DNA of 64,000 nucleotides from Gammaproteobacteria bacterium (lineage in GTDB: Bacteria; Pseudomonadota; Gammaproteobacteria; Granulosicoccales; Granulosicoccaceae): positions 2,947 to 66,946 of the forward strand of contig PDPU01000010.1 of the NCBI GenBank assembly GCA_002746645.1. Reading direction: 5' to 3'. This document shows positions 1-9,193 of the stretch, one piece after another. The notes under the pieces are model-generated. The model was given only the letters and a program-made list of their open reading frames with translations. It ran no database searches and was not told the origin of the DNA. The position numbers and the translations under genes are program-made. Positions within the stretch are counted from its first letter, which is position 1. Each line of letters begins with the position of its first letter.

Positions 1-68
1 GCATTGGCGGCCACCAGTCCATCAGGGTCGACTGCTTCGACTTCGTTGTACATCGCGTGTGCGTTCAT
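1..68 (-). CDS. fliA: Probable flagellar sigma factor sigma-28, 5' end only (runs off the window)
   Basis: Minus strand reads MNAHAMYNEVEAVDPDGLVAAN from an ATG 10 bp after the fleN stop. The fleN-fliA order is conserved, but only about 22 codons are visible. Confidence 0.55.
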   Translation of the reverse strand, partial: MNAHAMYNEVEAVDPDGLVAAN

Positions 69-78
69 ACGACCGTTC

Positions 79-1026
79 TCACCTGTTGTTCGTGGCGGCT
101 GTTGCTGAAACCAACCGCTCCATGAAGAATTCCGTCCGTCCGCTCGGCGCCGTCGGGCGTGGCCAGCGCGCCACCCGCGAGGCCAGCCTCGCGAAGGCCA
201 TGGCCGCCGCCGATCGCGGAAAGGCATCAATGACCAGACGACGTTGCATCGCCGCATCATGTATCGCGTCGTCCTCGGGTATCGAGCCGCAATAGTCCAG
301 CAGCACATCAAGCCCGGGATCGATCGTCATGCTGAGCGCCGCGTAGGTATCGAGCCCGTCGCGGGTCGAACTGACGCGGTTCGCCACCACCCGAAAACGC
401 TGCACCCGATACATCTCGTGCAGCATCGCAATCATGCTGGCCGCATCCTGCAGCGCCGCCGGTTCCTCACCGACGAGCAGCAGCACCTCGCGCGTAGCGC
501 CGGCAAAGCCGAGCACACCCGGCGTCAATCCGGAAGCCAGATCCACGATCAGGGTATCGGCCGCGACCGGTAGCTGACTGAAGCTCGCGATGAGAGCCGT
601 GTGTTCGATCTGTGACAGCGCAGCCATTTCCTTCACGCCGTTCGCGGAAGGCAGAAGGGACAAGCCGTCACCGATCGCAACCGGAATCTCGCCAAGCTCA
701 AATCCGCCGAAAAGCGCATCGGCCAGCGTCGCCTCGGGTGCGATATCGAAAAGGCAACCGAGATTGCCGAGCGCAAGATCACCGTCGAGCAGCAGCACCT
801 CGTGCTCGTGGCGCGCAAGCGCGGCGGCAAGGTTCGCGGCGACGGTGGACTTCCCCGCCCCGCCCTTGCCACTCGCGATGGCGATGCTCTGCACGGGCGC
901 CAGGGCAGGACGAGCGGACAGCACGGAGTTCGCGGCGCTCACGAGGCGATGCCCCGCTGCGTGCGACGTGTTCCGATTGGTGTGCTGAATGGAGTCCAAT
1001 GCCTCGATTTCCCGTGTTGCAGACAT
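79..1026 (-). CDS. fleN: MinD/ParA-family ATPase FleN/FlhG (flagellar number regulator, FleQ antiactivator)
   Basis: Deviant Walker A ASGKGGAGKS, DGDL.LGN, C-terminal 'WP.P..PSG..EFFMERLV' typical of FleN; adjacent to fleQ. Confidence 0.85.
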   Translation of the reverse strand: MSATREIEALDSIQHTNRNTSHAAGHRLVSAANSVLSARPALAPVQSIAIASGKGGAGKSTVAANLAAALARHEHEVLLLDGDLALGNLGCLFDIAPEATLADALFGGFELGEIPVAIGDGLSLLPSANGVKEMAALSQIEHTALIASFSQLPVAADTLIVDLASGLTPGVLGFAGATREVLLLVGEEPAALQDAASMIAMLHEMYRVQRFRVVANRVSSTRDGLDTYAALSMTIDPGLDVLLDYCGSIPEDDAIHDAAMQRRLVIDAFPRSAAAMAFARLASRVARWPRPTAPSGRTEFFMERLVSATAATNNR

Positions 1027-1085
1027 CGCAGACGATGCAAACGACGGATGAGGTCGAGGGCACAGCCTGCGGTGACCTGGCAAGC

Positions 1086-1101
1086 TGCAATCATCGAACC
1101 A
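1086..1101 (-). promoter_or_regulatory. Putative sigma-54 (-24/-12) promoter for fleN-fliA
   Basis: Minus strand TGGTTC-GATGA-TTGCA has GG-N10-GC spacing and lies about 60 bp upstream of fleN. Confidence 0.5.
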
Positions 1102-1251
1102 GAGCGGGGCCTTTCAGCCCCTCGGTTCGCGGGAGTTTCCGATCAATGCGCGAAAGTGGGAGGCAGCGCAAGATTTGTCATGGCGGTCACGGCCTCCGGC
1201 GGCTTGCTCCGGCGATTCGCCAGAGCCGTGACTGCAGAGGCCCGGATCGGC

Positions 1252-2721
1252 TCAGGTGACCTCTTCGGGACGCTGGATACCGTACTTGCGCATCTTCTCG
1301 ACCAGCGTGGTGCGGCGAATATTGAGGCGGTTGGCGGCGTGCGCGACCACGCCCGAACACTCATCGAGTGCCTGCTCGATCAGGCTGATCTCGATATCGG
1401 TGAGGTGCTGCTTGAGATCGACGCCATCGCGCGGCAGGCGCGGCTTGTTGTTCATTGCCACCTGCGGCATGCCCTCGACCAGCGGCAGGCGCGGCTCGCC
1501 ATCGGCATCCTGTGCTGCATCCCCGTCTGCCGCCGCCCCGAGTGCCGCTTCCGGGGCGATCTTCGGTGGCAGATCCTCGGCGTCGACCACGCCATAGGGG
1601 TGGAGAATGGTCAGACGCTCCATGAGGTTGGCGAGTTCACGGACGTTGCCCGGCCAGTCGTAGTTGCAGAGCGCCATCATGGCCGTCGGTGTCAGTTTCA
1701 CCGAGGACTTCTTCTCGTGCTCGAGCCGGGTGATGAGTTCGTTGACGAGAAGCGGGAGATCTTCGGCGCGCGCGGCGAGCGGCGGCATCTCGATCGGGAA
1801 GACGTTGAGGCGGTAGTAGAGGTCTTCACGGAACTTGCCGTCACGGATGAGCTTCTCGAGGTCTCGGTGGGTGGCTGCCACGATCCGTACATCGCACTTG
1901 ATGCTCTTGTTGCTGCCGACCCGCTCGAAGGAACGTTCCTGAAGCACCCTGAGAAGCTTCACCTGCATCGACAGCGGCATGTCGCCGATCTCGTCGAGGA
2001 AGATCGTGCCTCCTTCGGCAAGTTCGAAGCGCCCCTGGCGTGCGCCCACGGCGCCCGTGAACGAGCCCTTCTCGTGCCCGAACAGTTCGCTTTCGAGAAG
2101 GTCGTTCGGAATCGCGCCGCAGTTGATCGGCACGAAGGGCTTGTTGCGCCGGTTCGAGTAGTAGTGGATGTTCCGCGCCACGACTTCCTTGCCCGTGCCC
2201 GATTCGCCGAGAATCAGCACCGTGGCTTCGGTCGGCGCCACCTGGTCGATCATCTTCCTGACGCGCACCACCGAGCGGCTGTTGCCGACGAGCGAGCGGA
2301 AGAGTTCGGGGTTCTGCGTGCCTTCGGCCGACGGGCGGGTATTGGCCGTGCCACGTACCTCCGACTTGTGCAGGAGATCGGCGAGGTTGGCGTAACGCGC
2401 ATCGTCCTTGAGGCAACCGACGAAATTCGCGTCGATCTCGCTCTGAGGTATGTCTGCCGGCTGGTTACCGAGCATCAGCACCATCGGCGGGCACTTCTCG
2501 TGTTTCGCGCGCAGGGCTTCGGCCCAGGCCGTGATGCCGTGGAAGTTCGCCACGAGCACGCTGCTGAAGTCTTCGAAATCACCGAGGCTGTCGACAAGTT
2601 CGTGCGAACTCAGCGTCTTCGGCTCGTAGTCGATGAATTCGAGCTGATGGGCAAGACGCTGCGCGCGCTCGGCGTCCTGATCGAGGATGAGTATCCGGTT
2701 TGACGATTTCTTCTTGGCCAT
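1252..2721 (-). CDS. fleQ: Sigma-54-dependent flagellar master regulator FleQ/FlrA
   Basis: Degenerate REC-like N-terminus; AAA+ motifs [40 protein letters not shown]; Fis-type HTH '[21 protein letters not shown]'. Confidence 0.9.
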   Translation of the reverse strand: MAKKKSSNRILILDQDAERAQRLAHQLEFIDYEPKTLSSHELVDSLGDFEDFSSVLVANFHGITAWAEALRAKHEKCPPMVLMLGNQPADIPQSEIDANFVGCLKDDARYANLADLLHKSEVRGTANTRPSAEGTQNPELFRSLVGNSRSVVRVRKMIDQVAPTEATVLILGESGTGKEVVARNIHYYSNRRNKPFVPINCGAIPNDLLESELFGHEKGSFTGAVGARQGRFELAEGGTIFLDEIGDMPLSMQVKLLRVLQERSFERVGSNKSIKCDVRIVAATHRDLEKLIRDGKFREDLYYRLNVFPIEMPPLAARAEDLPLLVNELITRLEHEKKSSVKLTPTAMMALCNYDWPGNVRELANLMERLTILHPYGVVDAEDLPPKIAPEAALGAAADGDAAQDADGEPRLPLVEGMPQVAMNNKPRLPRDGVDLKQHLTDIEISLIEQALDECSGVVAHAANRLNIRRTTLVEKMRKYGIQRPEEVT

Positions 2722-2794
2722 GGCGCTACCTGTGGCGGGTGCGTGCCCGCTACTCGTGATTCGATCCAGAGAGCATAGATGACAGAATCACAAA

Positions 2795-2808
2795 GACAAA
2801 GTTTTGAC
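2795..2808. promoter_or_regulatory. Putative FleQ-box-like operator in the fleQ/flgM divergent region
   Basis: GACAAAGTTTTGAC resembles the 14-bp FleQ box GTCA-N6-TGAC with one mismatch in the arms. Confidence 0.3.
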
Positions 2809-3094
2809 GAGCGATCCGCAGGACGCGTCGCTGCCTGCGGCGAAGTTCAACGTATGCGGCGTCGGATCTCAGTCAATACAGACTGTAACAGTTGGCAGTT
2901 CCGGCGCCAAGCTGCGGAATCGTCCATGGTTTTCCCGATCCGTGTGTGACACCCGCCATGCTCTGCGACCTCGGGCGTTCAAGAAAGACCGGTAGCGCCG
3001 ATCCATGCCTTGCGTTTCATGACAACAAGAAGCTCACGACTCGGGAGCCAGCGCAGGCTCGACGAGATCCAAAGAGCTCAAGGAGAGAGTCTGC

Positions 3095-3313
3095 ATGGCT
3101 GAACCCTGCAAGGACGACAGGAATGTCGTCGCCGACATCAGCGATGCACGCCGCAAGCGATGGGCTCAGCAGGTCCGTGGCGGCCGCATCATCAACCGAC
3201 GTTTCGACTACGAGAAGGTAGCGAGGCTCAAGGCGGAAATCGAGTCCGGCAGCTACATGATCGACACCTACCGGGTGGCCGACAAGCTGATCGAGCACGA
3301 GAGAAACGGCTGA
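3095..3313 (+). CDS. flgM: Anti-sigma-28 factor FlgM (short)
   Basis: C-terminal 'FDYEKVARLKAEIESGSYMIDTYRVADKLIEHE' matches the FlgM sigma-binding motif; AAGGAGAG RBS; sigma-28-like TCAAG...GCCGAT at 2979-3002. Confidence 0.75.
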   Translation: MAEPCKDDRNVVADISDARRKRWAQQVRGGRIINRRFDYEKVARLKAEIESGSYMIDTYRVADKLIEHERNG

Positions 3314-3515
3314 GCGCTTGTACGAAAAAACCCTCCCGGCGCACACGACAGGCTTTCTGCCATGTGCGCCGAGAGGGCCAGATTCGTCGAGTCTGTCGAG
3401 AAGGCTGGGCTGCATCTCGGGTACTTCGGGTACCTCGGGTACTTCAAGTGTGCCCGGAACGCCGAGTGCGCCGAGCGCCGGACCGCAACAGCGGCCCGAC
3501 ACCCTCCGTCAGCAC

Positions 3516-3974
3516 TTACTCGGGAACGTGCTCGAGTGTGCTGGCTTCGCCGTCAACCGCATTGACGGGAATCTGACGCGGTTTCATCGCTTCGGGAATT
3601 TCCTTGACCAGAGCGATCTTCAGCAGGCCATTGTCGAGCTGTGCATTGACGACTTCGACATGATCGGCGAGATTGAACTTGCGCTCGAAAGAGCGGGTGG
3701 CGATGCCACGATGCAGGTAGCGTGAATCCGTCTTCACGTCTTCCTTCTTGCCACGAATCGTGAGCACGCCCTTCTCGACCTGCACACCGATTTCGCCTTC
3801 GCGGAAACCGGCAACGGCCAGGGTGATGGCGTAGCGGTTCTCGTCGACGCGTTCGATGTCGTAGGGAGGATAACCGGCGGCCTGGCGATCGGCGTTCAGC
3901 GCCGCATCGAGAAGCGAACCGAAACGGTCGAAACCGACCGTGTTTGCGTACAGAGGGGTAAGATCGACTTTCAT
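3516..3974 (-). CDS. ibpA: Small heat-shock protein (Hsp20, IbpA family)
   Basis: DLTPLY...VGFDRF, YPPYDIE, YLHRGIA.RSFERKFNLADHVEV, NGLL; GGAGA RBS. Confidence 0.93.
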   Translation of the reverse strand: MKVDLTPLYANTVGFDRFGSLLDAALNADRQAAGYPPYDIERVDENRYAITLAVAGFREGEIGVQVEKGVLTIRGKKEDVKTDSRYLHRGIATRSFERKFNLADHVEVVNAQLDNGLLKIALVKEIPEAMKPRQIPVNAVDGEASTLEHVPE

Positions 3975-3977
3975 CGT

Positions 3978-4001
3978 ATATTCTCCAATCAGAAGCAATA
4001 T
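3978..4001 (-). promoter_or_regulatory. ROSE-like RNA thermometer hairpin sequestering the ibpA Shine-Dalgarno
   Basis: mRNA AUAUU-G-CUUC-UGAUU-GGAG-AAUAU: the U(U/C)GCU motif with a bulged G pairs across the SD. Confidence 0.7.
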
Positions 4002-4046
4002 GTGAATGTGGTTCCCGATTCTCGTGGAGACATCGGCCACGACAAC

Positions 4047-4075
4047 AAGGTGGCGTCCGAATCCGGGTTTTCAAG
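4047..4075 (-). promoter_or_regulatory. Sigma-32 promoter of ibpA
   Basis: Minus strand CTTGAAA-N14-GCCACCTT resembles CTTGAAA-N13/14-CCCCATNT. Confidence 0.6.
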
Positions 4076-4123
4076 GGTCGAAATGAATGCTGCAGCAGCT
4101 TTTTCGTGGCTTGTCGGCCACGC

Positions 4124-4834
4124 ATGACCGGCGCCACGCTGGATACGCTCCGCGACGCAGCGGCCGCGCACGGCATGCTGCTTCGCGGCGTACTGGCCGT
4201 GCAACCTGCCGACGAAGCCATTGTTCTGGCCAACGGCAGAGAGGCCGTGGCAATTGCGCTCTTCGGTAACACCGGAGACGCGCTCTGGCCCGTGTTCACG
4301 GCCTCTGCCGAGTACCGGGACGGCGAGCGTCACCCGCTGGATCGCTGGTCGCGACGCGTCGCAACGATCATCGCCGCACCACTCGGTGCGCGCGTGCTGA
4401 TGCCGAACGACGGCCCGCCCCACCTGCCCTTTCTGAGCTGGGCCGAGCGCGCCGGTGGCGTCACCCAGTCACCCATCGGGCTGTTCCTGCATCGCGAATA
4501 CGGACTCTGGCATGCCTACCGGTTTGCGCTGGCGCTGGGCGAGATGCCGGAGGGAGTGGCGGGCACCACGACTTCCCGGGATGCCGCCGCCATCTGCGCG
4601 AACTGTGTCGCCAGACCCTGTCTGACGGCCTGCCCTGTCGGCGCGTTCACGAACGACGGATATGCCGTCGATCGTTGCGCGGAGTATCTGCTGGATGACG
4701 AGGATGCGCCCTGTCACGGCAGCGGCTGCCTTGCGCGCGTGGCCTGCCCCGTGGGCGCGGCCGCGCGTTATCCCGAGGCGCAGCGGCGGTTTCACATGGC
4801 GAGCTTTCTGAGAGGGGCGCGGGAACGGCGCTGA
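4124..4834 (+). CDS. 4Fe-4S ferredoxin-like protein (QueG/CblC-like N-terminal region)
   Basis: HPLDRWS, PF..WA, SPIGL.LH.EYGLWHAYRFAL, C..C...PC..ACPVGAF and C.....GC.AR.ACPVG Fe-S motifs. Confidence 0.65.
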   Translation: MTGATLDTLRDAAAAHGMLLRGVLAVQPADEAIVLANGREAVAIALFGNTGDALWPVFTASAEYRDGERHPLDRWSRRVATIIAAPLGARVLMPNDGPPHLPFLSWAERAGGVTQSPIGLFLHREYGLWHAYRFALALGEMPEGVAGTTTSRDAAAICANCVARPCLTACPVGAFTNDGYAVDRCAEYLLDDEDAPCHGSGCLARVACPVGAAARYPEAQRRFHMASFLRGARERR

Positions 4835-4913
4835 CTGATGACTCTGGCTGTGGGCTGTCTCTCGACGAAAAGCTGTTACTCGACGAAAAACGGAAAAACA
4901 GCCGATTCCGTTG

Positions 4914-4941
4914 TTGACGACGCCCGAACAGGCGTTATAAT
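4914..4941 (+). promoter_or_regulatory. Sigma-70 promoter of tRNA-Ala
   Basis: TTGACG-N16-TATAAT immediately upstream of the tRNA. Confidence 0.7.
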
Positions 4942-4953
4942 AATTGCTTCGGC

Positions 4954-5029
<76 letters not shown>

Positions 5030-5040
5030 CCGAATCATGT

Positions 5041-5066
5041 GAAGGCGTCCGATGGGCGCCTTTTTC
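5041..5066 (+). terminator. Rho-independent terminator after tRNA-Ala
   Basis: GAAGGCGTCC-GAT-GGGCGCCTT followed by a T run. Confidence 0.75.
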
Positions 5067-5093
5067 ATGCCCGGCTACCTGATGCAGCGCTGT

Positions 5094-5888
5094 TCACCAC
5101 CCGTCACGCCGCCTACGGATCTCCGCAAACACCGCCACGTCGTCGGCCTCGGCCATGCCGAGCGCCTCACGGATACCCGCGTCATCGGTGCGCAGGAAGG
5201 GGTTGGTGGCCAGTTCCTCGGCAAGCCTCGCCGGCACCGTGGGTTCACCGGCAGCCCGCGCGGCCCTGATACGCTCGGCGCGCCTCTGCAGCGCCGCATT
5301 GTGCGGATCGACGGTGAGCGCAAAACCCGCGTTGGTTTCGGTGTACTCGTGACCACAGAACACCATCGTTTCCGGGGGCAGCGCCTTCAGTTTGGCAAGG
5401 CTCGCGTGCATCATCCTGGCGTCGCCCTCGAAGAGACGGCCGCAACCGAGCATGAACAGGGTGTCGCCCGTGAACAGGAGTCCGGCGTCGGGCAGGTAGG
5501 GGTTGATCATGTCGAGCGTGTGCCCGGGAGTCTGGATGAACTCGATGCGGTGGCCACTGAAATCGAGCACGTCGCCTTCACTGACCGTGAGGTCGTAGTC
5601 GTTGGCGGTGGTTTTCGATGCCGGATTGGCGGCCGACCCCACGATCGTGCATCCCGTGGCTTCCTTCACGCGCCGCATGCCGGCACGGTGATCATCGTGG
5701 TGATGGGTAATGAGGAGATGGGTGAGATCCTCCGGCCTGGCGCCGACAGCGCCGATGGCCTCGAGTACCGCGTCGGCTTCGCCCGCATCCACGCAGGCGA
5801 GTCTGCCACTGGCCACGTCCCTCAGCAGCACGCCGTAGTTGTCGGCGCGCCAGGTGAAAAGGTGTGTGTCGAGTCCGTCTGTGCCCAC
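5094..5888 (-). CDS. gloB: Hydroxyacylglutathione hydrolase (glyoxalase II)
   Basis: DNY, THHHDDH, TPGHT, LFTGDTLF..GCGRLFEG, CGHEYT, E.ATNPFLR; GTG start with GGGAGA RBS. Confidence 0.9.
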   Translation of the reverse strand: MGTDGLDTHLFTWRADNYGVLLRDVASGRLACVDAGEADAVLEAIGAVGARPEDLTHLLITHHHDDHRAGMRRVKEATGCTIVGSAANPASKTTANDYDLTVSEGDVLDFSGHRIEFIQTPGHTLDMINPYLPDAGLLFTGDTLFMLGCGRLFEGDARMMHASLAKLKALPPETMVFCGHEYTETNAGFALTVDPHNAALQRRAERIRAARAAGEPTVPARLAEELATNPFLRTDDAGIREALGMAEADDVAVFAEIRRRRDGW

Positions 5889-5923
5889 TGCAAGCGTCTC
5901 CCTGGTTGGCGATGGTTGGCGAT

Positions 5924-7333
5924 TCAACCGGCCGCGGCCGCAATGTGGCGCTGCGCGCGAGCGATGCGTGACAGCGCTTCCGCCTTGTCCAGCACTGCCA
6001 GCACCTCGTTCATCGACGGCGACTGTGTGCCACCGGTGATGGCGAGTCGCAGCGGTTGACCGAGTTTGCCGAAGCCGATCTCGCGCTCGGCCACGCAGGC
6101 CTCCATGGCAGCCTGAATGGCATCGGCCTGCCAGTCGTCGAGCGCCTCGAAGCGTGCCGCCACGTCGCCGAGGATTTCGTCTGCCGGTGACCTGAACTGC
6201 TTCGCTGCGGCCTTTTCGTCGTAGCTCTCGGGCGCCTTGTACAGAAAGCCTGCCGCTTCCGCCATCGCCACGAGCGTGCTTGCACGCGGCGCCAGCAATG
6301 CCGCCACCCGATCGAGCGCGGGCCCCGCGGCCAGATCGTACCCCTGCGCATCGAGGTACGGTTTCAGACGCTCGCCAAGCTCGAGCACCGGCATGGCCTG
6401 CAGGTATTGCTCGTTCACCCAGTCGAGCTTGCGGCTGTCGAAGACCGCCCCTGCCCTGTTGACATTCTCGAGCGCGAACAGCGACTGCATCTCTTCCATC
6501 GTGAAGATTTCCTGATCCCCGCACGACCAGCCGAGACGCACGAGATAGTTCAGGAGTGCTTCGGGGAGATAGCCATCGTCGCGGTACTTGACCACACTGA
6601 CCGCACCGTGGCGCTTCGACATGCGCTTGCCGTCATCGCCGAGGATCATCGGCAGGTGCGCATAGACAGGCTGCGGCGCACCCAGTGCTTCGAGAATGTT
6701 GATCTGGCGCGGCGTGTTGTTGACATGGTCGTCACCGCGAATGACGTGGCTGATGCGCATGTCCATGTCGTCCACCACCACCGTCAGATTGTAGGTGGGC
6801 GTACCGTCGCTGCGCATGATCACGAGGTCATCGAGTTCGGTGTTGGATACCTTGATGGTGCCCTTGACGGCGTCATCGAAGACGACATCGCCATCGAGCG
6901 GATTCCGGAACCGCACCACGGGCCTGACGCCTTCGGGGGGCGTATCGCTGCGATCCCGCCAGTAGCCGTTGTAGCGTGGCTTCTCCTTCCTCGCGATGGC
7001 ATCGGCACGCATGGCCTCGATTTCCTCGGGCGTGCAGTAGCAGTGATAGGCCTTGCCTTCGTCGAGGAGCTGCTGTACCACCTCGCGGTAGCGATCGAAG
7101 CGCTCGGTCTGGAAGAAAGGGCCTTCGTCGTAGTCGAGCCCGAGCCATTCCATGCCTTCGAGAATGGCCTGCACCGACTCCTCGGTGGAGCGCTCGCGGT
7201 CGGTGTCTTCGACGCGCAGGACGAAGTCGCCACCGTGCTTCCTGGAGAAGAGATAACAGAACAGCGCCGTGCGGGCACCGCCAATGTGCAGATAGCCCGT
7301 GGGGCTGGGCGCGAAGCGCGTACGAACGGTCAT
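5924..7333 (-). CDS. gltX: Glutamate--tRNA ligase
   Basis: RFAPSPTGYLHIGG (HIGH motif) and RMSKRHG (KMSKS motif). Confidence 0.96.
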   Translation of the reverse strand: MTVRTRFAPSPTGYLHIGGARTALFCYLFSRKHGGDFVLRVEDTDRERSTEESVQAILEGMEWLGLDYDEGPFFQTERFDRYREVVQQLLDEGKAYHCYCTPEEIEAMRADAIARKEKPRYNGYWRDRSDTPPEGVRPVVRFRNPLDGDVVFDDAVKGTIKVSNTELDDLVIMRSDGTPTYNLTVVVDDMDMRISHVIRGDDHVNNTPRQINILEALGAPQPVYAHLPMILGDDGKRMSKRHGAVSVVKYRDDGYLPEALLNYLVRLGWSCGDQEIFTMEEMQSLFALENVNRAGAVFDSRKLDWVNEQYLQAMPVLELGERLKPYLDAQGYDLAAGPALDRVAALLAPRASTLVAMAEAAGFLYKAPESYDEKAAAKQFRSPADEILGDVAARFEALDDWQADAIQAAMEACVAEREIGFGKLGQPLRLAITGGTQSPSMNEVLAVLDKAEALSRIARAQRHIAAAAG

Positions 7334-7636
7334 GAGGGTCTGGGACGGGTTCCTGATGGGACGGGTTCCTGAACCGAATGCCTTCAGGGGAGCGCAGGCC
7401 AGCGACCCGCAGCAAGCCGCCCGGAACGGAGCGATCGGGAGCAACAACCGGAGCCAGTGACCCGGGGTGGCCTTCGAGGCAATGTCAGGCAAGGTTTCGG
7501 CAAGCTCTGGAGTGTATCAAAGCGAGCTTCGGCGGAGCGCGGCTATAATTCCTGGATTCAACGCGGTGCCTGGCCGACAATGGCCACCATCGCCTATCGC
7601 GCCCACGGCGTGAGGCACGTTTCTTCAGGAGTTACC

Positions 7637-8368
7637 ATGTCCGCTGCCCCAGCCACCCGTGACTCCCTGCCCTGGTATTCGGCAGGGAAGACGGCCACGG
7701 GACACGTTCGCCGCCTCAACGAGGACGCCTTCCTCGACGTCCGCGAGCAGGGGCTCTGGGCAGTGGCCGACGGCATGGGCGGGCACAGCCGCGGCGACTG
7801 GGCCAGCCAGTGCATCGTGGAAACCCTGCACGACTTCAAGCGCCTGGACAACCCCGATGCCTCGATCGAAGAACTCATGCGCAGGCTCGAGCAGGCCAAC
7901 CGGCTCTGCCTCGCGGAATCCGGCGACAGGATCATGGGCAGCACCGTTGCCGCCCTCTATCTGCACGACGACAAGGCCTACACACTCTGGGCCGGCGACA
8001 GCCGCATCTACCGCTTCCGCGGCGAGGCCTTCAGCCAGCTCACCGACGACCACAGCCTCGTGCAGGAACTCCACCGACTTGGCGAGCTGACCCGCGACGA
8101 AGCCGACAGCCACCCCTCGCAGAACGTCATCACGCGCGCGATCGGTGTCGCCGAAGAGCTTGAGGTTCAGGTGCGGCAGTTCGACCTCGAAGCGGGTGAC
8201 CGCTTCATCCTCTGCAGCGACGGTCTTTTCAAGGACATGAAACCCGCGGAGCTACGCGAGCTTGCCGGACTCCCCTCGCCGCGCGATGCACTCGACCGGC
8301 TCATGGAACTCGCCTTGAAGCGCGGTGGGACGGACAACCTGACGGCGGTCGTGGTGCAGGTGGCCTGA
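7637..8368 (+). CDS. PP2C-family Ser/Thr protein phosphatase (Stp1/PppA-like)
   Basis: GHVRRLNEDA, VADGMGGH, WAGDSRIY, LCSDGL, GGTDN; CAGGAG RBS. Confidence 0.88.
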   Translation: MSAAPATRDSLPWYSAGKTATGHVRRLNEDAFLDVREQGLWAVADGMGGHSRGDWASQCIVETLHDFKRLDNPDASIEELMRRLEQANRLCLAESGDRIMGSTVAALYLHDDKAYTLWAGDSRIYRFRGEAFSQLTDDHSLVQELHRLGELTRDEADSHPSQNVITRAIGVAEELEVQVRQFDLEAGDRFILCSDGLFKDMKPAELRELAGLPSPRDALDRLMELALKRGGTDNLTAVVVQVA

Positions 8369-8378
8369 AAGACAGTGC

Positions 8379-8771
8379 TCAGCAACCACTGATACTGTTT
8401 TTCTCGAACCAGTTGCTCAGTTCCCGTTCGGTAATTTCCCCTGCGGACAGCGATTCAATCATGGCCGCTGCCTCTGGTTCCGAGGCATCAAGCGAGTACC
8501 CATTGATTTCGAGAAATATTGCCGATACCGCCAGCGCTGAACGCTTGTTCCCGTCAACGAACGGGTGGTTCCTGGCCAGACCATGGCAATAACAGGCAGC
8601 CAGGCTCGTGATTGATTCACGTTCACCGAAGGAATACAACTGCCTGGGTCGGTTGAGAGCAGAGTCCAGCAGATCGGGATCTCGAACACCGGGCAACCCT
8701 CCGTGTTCTGCAATCAGCATCTGATGCACCAGGCCAACAACGTCAGGTAATACCCAAGCCGGCTCGGTCAT
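8379..8771 (-). CDS. Doc (death-on-curing) Fic-family toxin
   Basis: HGGLPGVRD...L.SAL.RP and HPFVDGNKRSA (Doc-type Fic motif). Confidence 0.9.
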   Translation of the reverse strand: MTEPAWVLPDVVGLVHQMLIAEHGGLPGVRDPDLLDSALNRPRQLYSFGERESITSLAACYCHGLARNHPFVDGNKRSALAVSAIFLEINGYSLDASEPEAAAMIESLSAGEITERELSNWFEKNSISGC

Positions 8772-8992
8772 CTTGCCAATTGGTGAAGGGCGTTTCGATA
8801 CTTCTTCATGACCTTTTCGGCAGCCTCCATCTGCTCGGCAAAATCTTCCCGATAGGGTGTCAAGGTGAGCCCGTTGGGCCCATCGACCAGATACAACACA
8901 TCCCCTTTGGCGGCCTTGAGCCGGGACAGCGCCTCCTTTGGTAATACGACACCCAGTGAGTTGCCGATGGAGGTAACCTTGACTTCAAGCAT
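8768..8992 (-). CDS. AbrB/MazE-fold antitoxin
   Basis: KVTSIGNSLGVVLPKE.L..L....GD.LY; overlaps the doc start by 4 bp (ATGA). Confidence 0.88.
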   Translation of the reverse strand: MLEVKVTSIGNSLGVVLPKEALSRLKAAKGDVLYLVDGPNGLTLTPYREDFAEQMEAAEKVMKKYRNALHQLAR

Positions 8993-9005
8993 TCTTGCGC
9001 AGCAC

Positions 9006-9054
9006 GTTATAACAAAAGTTATAACAGATTAGAAACTCACGTCTATCCTGTCAA
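9006..9054 (-). promoter_or_regulatory. Sigma-70 promoter and palindromic operator of the AbrB-Doc operon
   Basis: Minus strand TTGACA-N17-TAATCT followed directly by GTTATAAC-N4-GTTATAAC (two perfect 8-bp palindromes). Confidence 0.75.
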
Positions 9055-9193
9055 GTGACAATGCCGCCGCTTGATCGGCCGAAACCGAATCACCGAAAGC
9101 AACTTGTCCATTCTTGCGACTTCCGACTTGAACCACCCGCTGAACCTCAAGGCGCCGGCAGACTCCCGGCGCGCCTGAGGCCTGCATGGTGGA

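Noticed and set aside
3318-3576. Small ORFs after flgM (possible flgN) containing a 9-bp repeat
   Set aside because: No FlgN-like helical sequence; the translations are repeat-derived and overlap ibpA on the opposite strand.
7637-8368. T6SS locus implied by a PppA-like phosphatase and an RHS gene
   Set aside because: No tss, vgrG, hcp, PAAR or kinase genes in the window, and the RHS-like protein has a signal peptide, which T6SS effectors lack.
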